Positions 7,568-15,213 of a DNA stretch of 24,000 nt are shown here, piece by piece. This stretch comes from Miltoncostaeaceae bacterium (GTDB lineage: Bacteria > Actinomycetota > Thermoleophilia > Miltoncostaeales > Miltoncostaeaceae): NCBI GenBank assembly GCA_963835685.1, contig CAWIGI010000009.1:28201-52200 (forward strand), given 5' to 3'. The stretch's first letter is position 1. Every line of letters begins with the position of its first letter. Below the pieces are notes generated by a model that saw only the letters and a list, made by a program, of their open reading frames with translations, made no database searches and was not told the DNA's origin. Made by a program: the position numbers and the translations under genes.

Positions 7568-8110
7568 ATGAGGGGACGCGTGAAGGTCGCGGTCGCGAGC
7601 GCGCTCGTGGCGGGGGCGGCCGTGGCGGGGACGGTCGCGTTCGCGGACGGCGGCAACGGGATCCGCGAGACGCTGACCGGCTACGAGGAGGACCCCCTGG
7701 TCCTCTCGACGACGGGATCGGGTGAGTTCACCGCGTCGATCAGGGCCAAGGGCGACTCGATCCGATACCGACTGAGCTACGCCGATCTCGAGGGCGCCAT
7801 CACCCAGGCGCACATCCACTTCGGCGGGCGCGCGCAGAGCGGCGGCATCTCCGTCTGGCTCTGCGCGAACCCGAGCCCAACCATCAGCCCGCCCCCCGGC
7901 ACGCAGGCGTGTCCGCCCGCGCCGGCGACCATCAGGGGCACGATCCTGCCCGAGAACGTGGTCGGCCCCGCCGGCCAGGGCATCGACCCCGGTCAGTTCG
8001 ACGAGCTGGTCAACGCCGTCCGCGCCGGAGTGACCTACGTGAACGTCCACAGCTCCAAGTACCCGGGCGGGGAGATCCGCGCCCAGCTGGAGCCCTTGCA
8101 CGACCGCTGA
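7568..8110 (+). CDS. Secreted CHRD-domain protein.
   Basis: ATG 7568 with GGAGG 9 nt upstream. Signal-peptide-like N-terminus: MRGRVKVAVASALVAGAAVAGTVAFA. CHRD hallmarks: AHIHFG....GG..V.L and YVNVHSSKYPGGEIRAQL. Confidence 0.8.
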   Translation: MRGRVKVAVASALVAGAAVAGTVAFADGGNGIRETLTGYEEDPLVLSTTGSGEFTASIRAKGDSIRYRLSYADLEGAITQAHIHFGGRAQSGGISVWLCANPSPTISPPPGTQACPPAPATIRGTILPENVVGPAGQGIDPGQFDELVNAVRAGVTYVNVHSSKYPGGEIRAQLEPLHDR

Positions 8111-8118
8111 GCGGCCCG

Positions 8119-8145
8119 CCCGCCTTCCGCCGAGCGGAAGGCGGG
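8119..8145 (+). terminator. Strong hairpin after the CHRD gene.
   Basis: CCCGCCTTCCGC (8119-8130), loop CGA, GCGGAAGGCGGG (8134-8145). Perfect 12-bp stem beginning 9 nt after the stop. No U-tract. Confidence 0.55.
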
Positions 8146-8214
8146 CAACGCCGCCCGGTTGACGCGCGACCGGCGGTGGGCGGAGGCTTGAAGTCCACCG
8201 CGGAAGGGGGCGCC

Positions 8215-9825
8215 GTGAGCAACGGGACGAGCGGTCTCTCGGTCACGATCGAGCCGTGGGGTCCGGCGGCGTCCGGCGTCAACCGGGCCGCGCGGGTCGC
8301 GATGCGGACCCGGGCCGTCCGACGGGCGATCGGGCGCGCGCGGCACCGGCTGCTCTCCACCGAGCTGATCGGCGCCGATGTCAACGGCCGGCGGGCCGCG
8401 GCCGCGCCGCGGGCCATACGGGCGATGATCTACGACTACGACGACGAGCGCGCTCTCCGGGTCGAGGCCCCGCTCAGCGATCCGGCAAGGGCCACGGTCT
8501 CGATCGTCGCCGCGCAGCCGCCGCCCTCCGGCGAGGAGTTTGCCGCCGCGGTCGAGGTGCTCCGGGACGACCCGGAGCTCGGCGACGCGCTGACCGCGGG
8601 CCGGCTCGAGCCGTATCGGCCGATGCCGCCGCTCATCCCCGGCGAGCGCCCGGACGGCGAGGCCGAGCGGGTGATCGCCGTCGGCCTGCGCGCGAAGGAC
8701 CCGGCGGCTGGCCACGAGATCGTCGGGGTGTCGCTCGGCCGGGGCGCGGTCGCGCGCTTCGACCGCGGCGCGCCGGACGGCGCGGCGGCCGGCCCGTCAA
8801 CCTGCGGTCCGCCGGACGCCGGCCAGCCGACGGTCCCCAGGGGCACCCCGGGGGCGGCGCGGATCACCGTGAAGGAGGGCGCCACGACCCTGTGGAGGTT
8901 CATCGCCATCCGCCCCTCGGCATCCAGCGGCGTCGTCGGGTCGGGCGTCGACCTGCGCGCCGTCAACTTCCGCGGCAGGCGGGTGCTGCGGCGGGCCCAC
9001 GTGCCCATCCTCAACGTCGAGTACAAGACCGGCCCCTGCGGACCGTTCCGCGACTGGCAGTGGGAGGAGGGGCGTTTCAAGGCGCAGGGCACGACGGTCG
9101 CGCCCGGCTTCCGCCTGTGCCCCGCCCCGGCGACCACCCTGATGGACTCGGGGGTGGACGCCGGCAACTTCGCGGGCGTCGCCGTCTACGTGCAGGGCGA
9201 TGAGGTCGTCCTTGTGAGCGAGATGGAGGCGGGCTGGTACCGCTACATCAGCCAGTGGCGCCTGCACCGCGACGGGACGATCCGGCCGCGCTTCGGCTTC
9301 GCCGGGATCGACGACTCCTGCATCTGCGACATCCACCACCACCACGCGTACTGGCGGCTGAACTTCGACATCGGCGCCGAGTCCCGGAACTCGGTCCAGG
9401 AGTGGAACGACCACCCCGGGCCGTCGCCGGGCTCGTGGCGCACCATGCGCTTCGAGGCGCGGAGGCCGCGGGCGACCCACATGTCGCGCAAGTGGCGGGT
9501 CGTCAACACGCAGACCGGCGCCGGCTACGAGATCGTCCCGGGCGGCGACGACGGCCAGGCTGACGCGTTCGGCGTGGGCGACTTCTGGGCGCTGCGGCTG
9601 CGAAAGGGCCAGATCGACGACGGGCAGGAGTTCACCTCCTCGCCGGTCCTGGCGCCGGCGCGGATCGACACCTTCGTCAACGGCGACGACATCACGGACC
9701 GGGACGTCGTCGTCTGGTACGTGGGCCACTTCAAGCACGACGTGAACGAGGACCCGCACCACCACGGCGAGGGGCCCGCCCACGGCCATATCGTGGGGCC
9801 CGAGCTGCGGCCGCAGGGATGGTAG
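8215..9825 (+). CDS. Copper amine oxidase-like protein (N2/N3-like domain plus catalytic beta-sandwich domain), with a divergent TPQ site.
   Basis: GTG 8215 follows GGAAGGGGG; the start is uncertain because TTG 8188 is also in frame. Blocks that match the CuAO pattern as I remember it, not from an alignment: LWRF...VDLRAVNFRGRRVLRRAHVPILNVEY, GWYRYISQWRLHRDGTIRPRFGFAG, HHHHAYWRLNFDI, DVVVWYVGHFKHDVNEDP. The track ORF start at 7909 overlaps the CHRD gene and is rejected. Confidence 0.7.
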   Translation: MSNGTSGLSVTIEPWGPAASGVNRAARVAMRTRAVRRAIGRARHRLLSTELIGADVNGRRAAAAPRAIRAMIYDYDDERALRVEAPLSDPARATVSIVAAQPPPSGEEFAAAVEVLRDDPELGDALTAGRLEPYRPMPPLIPGERPDGEAERVIAVGLRAKDPAAGHEIVGVSLGRGAVARFDRGAPDGAAAGPSTCGPPDAGQPTVPRGTPGAARITVKEGATTLWRFIAIRPSASSGVVGSGVDLRAVNFRGRRVLRRAHVPILNVEYKTGPCGPFRDWQWEEGRFKAQGTTVAPGFRLCPAPATTLMDSGVDAGNFAGVAVYVQGDEVVLVSEMEAGWYRYISQWRLHRDGTIRPRFGFAGIDDSCICDIHHHHAYWRLNFDIGAESRNSVQEWNDHPGPSPGSWRTMRFEARRPRATHMSRKWRVVNTQTGAGYEIVPGGDDGQADAFGVGDFWALRLRKGQIDDGQEFTSSPVLAPARIDTFVNGDDITDRDVVVWYVGHFKHDVNEDPHHHGEGPAHGHIVGPELRPQGW

Positions 9826-9976
9826 GCCCGGGCGCCCTTCGGTAAGGGTTTGGACAAGCGCGCGCCGGAGGACTGGCGAATTGGGCCCCGAGTGTGCATC
9901 ATTTGTCACGAGGCGGGTGACGCCGCGGGCAACGGTGCCGCCTCCAACTGCCCAGCCACTCGTGGACTGTGAGCAC

Positions 9977-10012
9977 CGAAGGCCGCCGATGGGGGTACAA
10001 CGGCGGCCTTCG
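9977..10012 (+). terminator. Perfect 12-bp hairpin in the 266-nt intergenic region; a terminator or other structured RNA element.
   Basis: CGAAGGCCGCCG (9977-9988), 12-nt loop, CGGCGGCCTTCG (10001-10012), followed by TCGTTGGTGG. Confidence 0.4.
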
Positions 10013-10079
10013 TCGTTGGTGGACCAGGCCCTGAGCCGCCGCCGGGCGGGCGGTCGCCCGCAACGGCGGGGCCGGATCG

Positions 10080-10085
10080 TAGAGT
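10080..10085 (+). promoter_or_regulatory. Candidate -10 box (TAGAGT) positioned for a leaderless transcript of the first APC-USP gene.
   Basis: TAGAGT fits the actinobacterial TAnnnT -10 pattern and ends 6 nt before GTG 10092. No Shine-Dalgarno sequence lies between them. Confidence 0.4.
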
Positions 10086-10091
10086 TGCGCG

Positions 10092-11993
10092 GTGACGGGG
10101 CGACGCCGCCAGCAGCAGGGGCTCCAGCGCGTCCTCGGAGCGCCCGCGCTGTTCGCGACCGCCTACGGCAACGTCGGCTCGTCGATCTACTACGCCCTCG
10201 GCGTCACGGCGGCCCTGGCCCTCGGGCTCACGCCGCTCGTCTTCATCGTCGCCGGCCTCATCTTCGCGGCGACGGCGGCCACCTACGCCGAGGGGACGGT
10301 GCGGTTCCCGGAGGCCGGGGGCTCGTCGAGCTTCGCCCGCCACGCCTTCAACGAGGTCGTCAGCTTCGGGGCCGCCTGGGCCCAGATGCTCAACTACATC
10401 ATCACGATCGCCATCTCGGCGTTCTTCGTCCCCCACTACCTCTCGATCTTCTGGGAGCCGCTGAAGGAGAACCCGTGGGACGTGATCGTGGGGGCGGCCG
10501 TGATCGCCCTTCTCGTCGGCGTGAACGTCGTCGGGGTGAAGGAGGCGGCGCGACTGAACATCGTGCTGGCCGTCATCGACTTCGCCACCCAGGCGCTGCT
10601 GGTCGTGCTCGGCTTCGTCCTCGTCTTCTCCCCGGAGGTCCTGGTCAACAACGTCAACTTCGGCGTCGCGCCGACCTGGGAGAGCTTCTTCCTCGCGATC
10701 CCGGTGGCGATGATCGCGTACACCGGCATCGAGACCATCTCCAACCTGTCGGAGGAGGCACGCGACCCCTCCCGCGACATCCCGCGCTCCATCCGCCTGG
10801 TCGCGATCGCCGTCTACGCCATCTACTTCACCCTGCCGGCGATCGCCCTCTCGGCCCTTCCGGTCTCGGAGGGTCCCGACGGGTTCACCACCCCGTTGGG
10901 CGAGCCCCCCGAGGAGGGCGGCTTCGCCAACGACCCGGTGCTGGGGATCGTCAACAACCTCGGGGTGGAGGGCGGCTTCCTCACCGTCCTCGAGATCTAC
11001 GTCGGCGTCCTGGCCGCGACCATCCTCTTCATCGCCGCCAACGCGGGCGTCATCGGCGCGTCGCGCATCACCTACGCGATGGCCAGCTACCGGCAGCTCC
11101 CCGAGCCCTTCCGCCGCCTGCACCGCCGCTTCAAGACGCCGTGGCTCGCGCTGGCGCTGTTCGCGGGCGTGGCACCGATCGTGGCCATCCTGCCGGGGGA
11201 GACCGTGTTCCTCGGCACGATGTACTCCTTCGGGGCGATGCTCTCGTTCACCGTCGCGCACGTGTCGCTCGTCGCGCTGCGCGTGCGCGGGCGCGACGAG
11301 GAGCTGATCTACCGCGCGCGGCCGAACGTGCACGTGCGCGGGATCGACTGGCCGCTGTTCGCGATCCTCGGCGGGCTCGCGACGGGCCTGGCGTTCCTGG
11401 TGGTCGTGATCCAGGAGCCGGCCACGCGGTGGGCGGGCCTCGGCTGGCTGGCGCTCGGGTTCGTCATCTACCTCGTCTACCGCCGCAGCGTGCTGCGCCT
11501 GCCGGTGGCCGAGACCGTCCGCGCCCCGGTGGTCGTGCTGACCGACGAGCTGCGGGTGGAGTACCGCACGATCGTCGTGCCCGTGGTGCGCTCGGCCGAG
11601 TCGGAGGAGGCCCTCGTCGTCGCGTCGCGTCTGGCGGCCGAGCGCCGGTCGCGGGTCGCGATCGTGCACGTGCTCGAGATCCCGATGGAGCTCCCGCTGA
11701 CGATCGACCTGCCGTCGGCCGAGCGCGAGGCGAACGACCTCCTCGACGACGCCCGCGCGCTGGTCGAGAGCTACGGGGTCCGTGCGGTCACGCGCCTCGA
11801 GCGCGCCCGCAGCGCGGGCCCGGCGATCGTGGCCGACGCGGTGGCGCGCACCGCCGATCTGGTCGTGATCGGGGCGCCGCGGCGCGGCATCGGCCGGCGC
11901 ACGCCCGTGTTCGGAAAGACCGTGCGGCACGTGCTCAAGCACAGCCCGTGCCGCGTGATCGTCGCCACGACCCGCGAGGAGGCGGCGGCGTGA
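10092..11993 (+). CDS. APC-superfamily permease fused to a C-terminal universal stress protein (USP) domain.
   Basis: About 12 TM segments with APC-type motifs: YGNVGSSIYYALG, FPEAGGSSSFA, AYTGIETISNLSEEARDP. The C-terminal USP block runs YRTIVVPV...VAIVHVLEIP...DLVVIGAPRRG...GKTVRHVLKHSPCRVIV. Confidence 0.85.
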   Translation: MTGRRRQQQGLQRVLGAPALFATAYGNVGSSIYYALGVTAALALGLTPLVFIVAGLIFAATAATYAEGTVRFPEAGGSSSFARHAFNEVVSFGAAWAQMLNYIITIAISAFFVPHYLSIFWEPLKENPWDVIVGAAVIALLVGVNVVGVKEAARLNIVLAVIDFATQALLVVLGFVLVFSPEVLVNNVNFGVAPTWESFFLAIPVAMIAYTGIETISNLSEEARDPSRDIPRSIRLVAIAVYAIYFTLPAIALSALPVSEGPDGFTTPLGEPPEEGGFANDPVLGIVNNLGVEGGFLTVLEIYVGVLAATILFIAANAGVIGASRITYAMASYRQLPEPFRRLHRRFKTPWLALALFAGVAPIVAILPGETVFLGTMYSFGAMLSFTVAHVSLVALRVRGRDEELIYRARPNVHVRGIDWPLFAILGGLATGLAFLVVVIQEPATRWAGLGWLALGFVIYLVYRRSVLRLPVAETVRAPVVVLTDELRVEYRTIVVPVVRSAESEEALVVASRLAAERRSRVAIVHVLEIPMELPLTIDLPSAEREANDLLDDARALVESYGVRAVTRLERARSAGPAIVADAVARTADLVVIGAPRRGIGRRTPVFGKTVRHVLKHSPCRVIVATTREEAAA

Positions 11994-12169
11994 GCCGCGG
12001 CGCGGTGCCGGTGGTCCTCGCGACGGTCGTCGTCCTGCTGGGGGTCGCGCTGATCGCCCGGACGGTCTCGCTGGGAGTGGGCGGCGGGCTGGGGCTCCTG
12101 ATCGGGGGGCTGCTCGTGATCGGTGGCGCGCTGCGCCTCTACCTGCTGCGGCCGTGGCGCAGAAGCTGA
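11990..12169 (+). CDS. Candidate 59-aa two-TM membrane protein, translationally coupled between the two permease genes.
   Basis: GTG 11990 overlaps the upstream TGA (GTGA). The 3' end overlaps the next gene by 16 nt. Translation VSRGAVPVVLATVVVLLGVALIARTVSLGVGGGLGLLIGGLLVIGGALRLYLLRPWRRS has two hydrophobic helices. It is the tail of an otherwise off-frame 762-aa track ORF. Confidence 0.45.
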   Translation: MSRGAVPVVLATVVVLLGVALIARTVSLGVGGGLGLLIGGLLVIGGALRLYLLRPWRRS

Positions 12170-14067
12170 CCCCGCCCGGGCCGGGCCTCCGCGCCCGCTC
12201 GCTCGCGCTGATCGCCTACGGCGAGGTCGGCTCGGCGCTGGCGTTCGCCCTCGGCATCGTGGCGCTCTACGCGGTCGGCCTGACGCCCTGGGTGCTCCTG
12301 GCCGTCGGGCTCCTCGTGCTGGTCGTGAGCCTCTCCTACGCCGAGGGCGCGGCGGCCATGCCGGAGCCCGGCGGCGCCGCGACCTTCGTGCGGCGCGCGT
12401 TCAGCGACCCCGCCGGATTCGTCACGGGGTGGCTGCTGTTCCTCGACTACTTCGTCGTGATCGCCCTGGCGGCGCTGTTCGTCCCCCACTACCTGGGCTC
12501 GGCGCTCGGGTGGGAGGCGGCGCGGGACCGACCCTGGGACGCGCTGATCGGGATCGCGGTGATCCTGGCGATCGCCGGCGTCCGGCGGCTGCGGCGGGTG
12601 AGGCTCTACAAGGTCGCGGTGGCGATGGTCGCCGCCGCCCTGGTCGTCCTGGTCGCCATCGCCGTCATCGGGTTCGCCGCGGTCGTCTCGGCCGACTCGC
12701 TGTCCCTCGGCACCGATCTCGGCACGGCGCCGTCGTGGTCGTCGATCGCCCTTGCCCTGGCCCTCGCGACGCTGGCCTACACCGGCATCGAGAGCGTCTC
12801 CAGCTACGCGGCGGAGGTGCGCGAGCCGGGGCGCACGCTGCCCCGGAGCCTCTTCGTCGGCATCGGCGTCGCCGTGGCGATCAACGTGGCGGTGGCGGTG
12901 GTCGGGGTCTCGGCCTTCCCGGCCGAGCCGGACCCCAGCGCCCCCGACGGCGTCGCGAGCGCCCTGGGGACCGAGTGGCTGAAGGCCCCGCTGGTGGGGA
13001 TCGCCTCGGCCGTCGGCGACGAGATCGGCGCCCGCGAGGCGCTGGAGGTCGTCGCGGGCGTCACCGGGGCCCTGATCCTCATCGCGGCCGTCATCACGGC
13101 CATGGTGGGCGCCGAGCGCCTCGCCCAGTCGATGGCCCGCTACGACATGCTGCCCCACGCCTTCGCCCGGCCGGCGCGGGGGGCCCGGCCGCCGCTGGCC
13201 GGCGCCGTCGCGGTGGCGGCGATCGCGTCGGGCCTCATCGTGCTCGCGGTGACCGCGGGCGACGGCGAGCGCTTCCTCGCCGGCCTCTACAGCTTCGGCG
13301 TGCTCATCGCGCTCACGGCCGCCCAGGCCGCGGTGGTGCGCCTGCGCGCGCGCGAGCCGGGCCTCCAGCGCCCCTTCCGCGTGCCCCTGGCCGTGAGCGT
13401 GCGGGGAAAGGAGATCCCGCTCCCGGCCGTCGTCGGCGCGGTCCTGACGCTCGCGCTGTGGGTCGCGGCGGTGGCGACCAGCGAGGGGGCGAGGATCGCG
13501 GGGCCCGTCTGGCTGGTCGGTGGACTGGCGGTCTACCTGCTGTCGCGGCGTGCCGGCGGGGAGACGCTGTTGGGCCGGGCGACGCCGCCCGAGCCTGACC
13601 TCGTCCCCTCCGCCGAGCCCGACTTCCGGCGGATCCTCGTCCCGGTCAAGCCCGGCGACATCGGGCGCGAGGTGCTCGCGACGGCCCTGAGGCTCGCCAA
13701 GCAGTCCGGCGGCTCGGTGCGCGTGATCCACGTGCTGAAGGTCCCGATGGCGCAGCCCCTCGGCGCCGACCTCGGCGGCGCCGAGCAGGACGGCCTCGAC
13801 GTCGTCGAGGAGGCGCGCGAGACGGGCGCGAACCAGGGCGTCGGGGTCGACGGCGTCGTCGTCCGCGCCCGGTCGCGGAGCGAGGCGATCGTCGCCGAGG
13901 CGGAGGAGATCGGCGCCGACCTCGTCATGATGGGCTCGTCGCCGCGCTGGCGGTCCCAGTCACGCTTCTTCAGCCCGCTCGTAGACGAGCTCTTGCGCGC
14001 GGCGCCCTGTGAGGTGATGGTCGTCACCTATCCCGAGGGCGTCCTCGAGGAGGTCGGCGGCGCATAA
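12154..14067 (+). CDS. Second APC-superfamily permease::USP fusion, a paralog of 10092..11993.
   Basis: Same architecture and collinear motifs: YGEVGSALAFALG, MPEPGGAATFV, AYTGIESVSSYAAEVREP. USP block: RRILVPV...VRVIHVLKVP...DLVMMGSS...LLRAAPCEVMVV. Confidence 0.85.
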   Translation: MAQKLTPPGPGLRARSLALIAYGEVGSALAFALGIVALYAVGLTPWVLLAVGLLVLVVSLSYAEGAAAMPEPGGAATFVRRAFSDPAGFVTGWLLFLDYFVVIALAALFVPHYLGSALGWEAARDRPWDALIGIAVILAIAGVRRLRRVRLYKVAVAMVAAALVVLVAIAVIGFAAVVSADSLSLGTDLGTAPSWSSIALALALATLAYTGIESVSSYAAEVREPGRTLPRSLFVGIGVAVAINVAVAVVGVSAFPAEPDPSAPDGVASALGTEWLKAPLVGIASAVGDEIGAREALEVVAGVTGALILIAAVITAMVGAERLAQSMARYDMLPHAFARPARGARPPLAGAVAVAAIASGLIVLAVTAGDGERFLAGLYSFGVLIALTAAQAAVVRLRAREPGLQRPFRVPLAVSVRGKEIPLPAVVGAVLTLALWVAAVATSEGARIAGPVWLVGGLAVYLLSRRAGGETLLGRATPPEPDLVPSAEPDFRRILVPVKPGDIGREVLATALRLAKQSGGSVRVIHVLKVPMAQPLGADLGGAEQDGLDVVEEARETGANQGVGVDGVVVRARSRSEAIVAEAEEIGADLVMMGSSPRWRSQSRFFSPLVDELLRAAPCEVMVVTYPEGVLEEVGGA

Positions 14068-14074
14068 TGTGGAC

Positions 14075-14488
14075 ATGAAGGCGATCGTCGTCGGTTGTGG
14101 GCGGGTCGGCTCCTCTCTGGCGCGAAGCCTGGCGGGCGAGGGGTGGGAGGTGGTCGTGGTCGAGCAGAAGGAGGAGGCGCTGACGCGCCTCGGCAGCGAC
14201 TGGCGCCAGCCGCTGGTGATCGGTCACGGGATGGACGCCGACGTCCTCGAGGAGGCGGGCATCGACGACGCCGACATGCTCATCGCCGCGACCGACGGCG
14301 ACAACACGAACCTGATCATCGCCCAGGTCGCCACGCGGCGCTACCGCGTCGACCACGTCGCGGCCCGCATCCAGGACCCCGCGCGGGCCGAGGTCTACGG
14401 CAACCGGGGCTTCGAGGTGATCTCGCCGGTGAAGATGGCCATCGAGGGGCTCACCCGCTGGGCCCTGGGCGCGGGAGCGACGACCTGA
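14075..14488 (+). CDS. trkA: TrkA-N (RCK N-terminal, NAD-binding) domain protein, CeoB/TrkA-like.
   Basis: MKAIVVGCGRVGSSLARSL (Rossmann GxGxxG) and IAATDGDNTNLIIAQVA. GTG 14069 is an alternative start two codons upstream. Confidence 0.8.
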   Translation: MKAIVVGCGRVGSSLARSLAGEGWEVVVVEQKEEALTRLGSDWRQPLVIGHGMDADVLEEAGIDDADMLIAATDGDNTNLIIAQVATRRYRVDHVAARIQDPARAEVYGNRGFEVISPVKMAIEGLTRWALGAGATT

Positions 14489-15150
14489 TGTTCACGATCG
14501 TGGTCGGCGGCGGGAAGATGGGGTCCAACCTCACCCGCACGCTCATCGCCAAGCAGCACGAGGTGACGGTCGTCGAGGCCAAGGCGGCGCGGGCCGACGT
14601 CCTCGAGGACGAGTTCGGCCACCGGGTCGTCCACGGCGACGGCACGGAGCTCTACGTGCTGGAGTCGGCCGGCATGACGCGGCCGCCCGACATCGTGGTC
14701 GCCGTCACCGGCGACGACGAGGACAACATGATCATCGCCCAGCTCGCCCGCGAGAAGTACGGCGTGGCCAAGGTCATCGCGCGGGTCAACGATCCCCGCA
14801 ACCAGGTCCACTTCGACCTGCTGGGCATCTCGCCCACGATCTGCCCGACCCAGCGGATCATGGCCCTCATCGAGCACGAGGTCCCCGAGCACGAGCTCGT
14901 CCACCTTCTGGAGCTGCGCCAGGAGAACCTCGAGATCATCGAGGTCGAGGTCGACCCGAGGTGCCCGTGCATCGGCAAGTCGGTCGCCAAGCTCGCCCTG
15001 CCGACCGGCTCCCGCCTGATCTCCCTCGTCCGCGACGGGGTGGCCGAGCTGGTCGATGACGGGACCGTCCTGAACGCGGGCGACCAGGTCCTCGCCATCC
15101 TCGAGCCCGGGCGCGAGGACGAGGTGCGCCGGCTCCTGCTGGGCCGGTAG
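14488..15150 (+). CDS. trkA: TrkA family K+ transport regulatory protein (TrkA-N plus TrkA-C), CeoC/TrkA-like.
   Basis: ATG 14488 overlaps the upstream TGA (TGATG). Motifs: MFTIVVGGGKMGSNLTRTL, VAVTGDDEDNMIIAQLA. C-terminal TrkA-C-like block: IEVEVDPRCPCIGKSVAKLALPTGSRLISLVRDG...GDQVLAI. Confidence 0.85.
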   Translation: MFTIVVGGGKMGSNLTRTLIAKQHEVTVVEAKAARADVLEDEFGHRVVHGDGTELYVLESAGMTRPPDIVVAVTGDDEDNMIIAQLAREKYGVAKVIARVNDPRNQVHFDLLGISPTICPTQRIMALIEHEVPEHELVHLLELRQENLEIIEVEVDPRCPCIGKSVAKLALPTGSRLISLVRDGVAELVDDGTVLNAGDQVLAILEPGREDEVRRLLLGR

Positions 15151-15177
15151 TCGCCGCGGGGCACGTGGCCAAGGCCC

Positions 15178-15213
15178 CGTCGTCACGCCTGTAGGGTCTC
15201 GAACGTGACGACG
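15178..15213. promoter_or_regulatory. Candidate BirA operator (bioO) overlapping the bioB -10 box and start codon.
   Basis: CGTCGTCACG (15178-15187), 16-nt spacer, CGTGACGACG (15204-15213): a perfect 10-bp inverted repeat spanning 36 bp. The spacer contains TAGGGT (15192-15197), which fits the TAnnnT pattern, 7 nt before GTG 15205. There is no Shine-Dalgarno sequence. A wHTH-bearing birA closes the operon. Confidence 0.55.

Noticed and set aside
7448-8101. N-terminal 218 codons of the 509-aa minus-strand ORF 6572..8101.
   Set aside because: This part is antisense to the well-supported CHRD gene and spans the divergent promoter region. A plausible protein begins at ATG 7447 (MDDLEDQLDVLF...).
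7909-8214. 5' extension of the copper-amine-oxidase-like ORF (the track start at 7909).
   Set aside because: It overlaps the CHRD coding sequence and the strong 8119-8145 hairpin, and its translation is Arg/Pro-rich. GTG 8215 behind a purine-rich Shine-Dalgarno sequence is the first credible start.
9905-9921. GTCAC-N7-GTGAC in the transporter upstream region, which resembles the GTCACG/CGTGAC half-sites of the bioB palindrome and could be a second BirA site.
   Set aside because: Only 5 bp match. The spacing (7 versus 16 nt) and flanks differ, and the context is unrelated to biotin. Most likely chance in GC-rich DNA.
9826-10091. Possible glycine riboswitch (CACCGAAGG at 9974-9982) or c-di-AMP (ydaO-type) riboswitch upstream of an APC transporter.
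   Set aside because: Only isolated fragments resemble the consensus. The CGAAGG is part of a simple 12-bp hairpin stem, not a junction. I could not find the other conserved blocks (GGAGAG/CUCAGG...GGAC for glycine; GGGGUGAAUCC and CCCGAA..CAGCUAACCUCGUA in the right order for ydaO). The TAGAGT-N6-GTG arrangement also argues that the transporter mRNA is leaderless. An Infernal scan would be needed to be sure.
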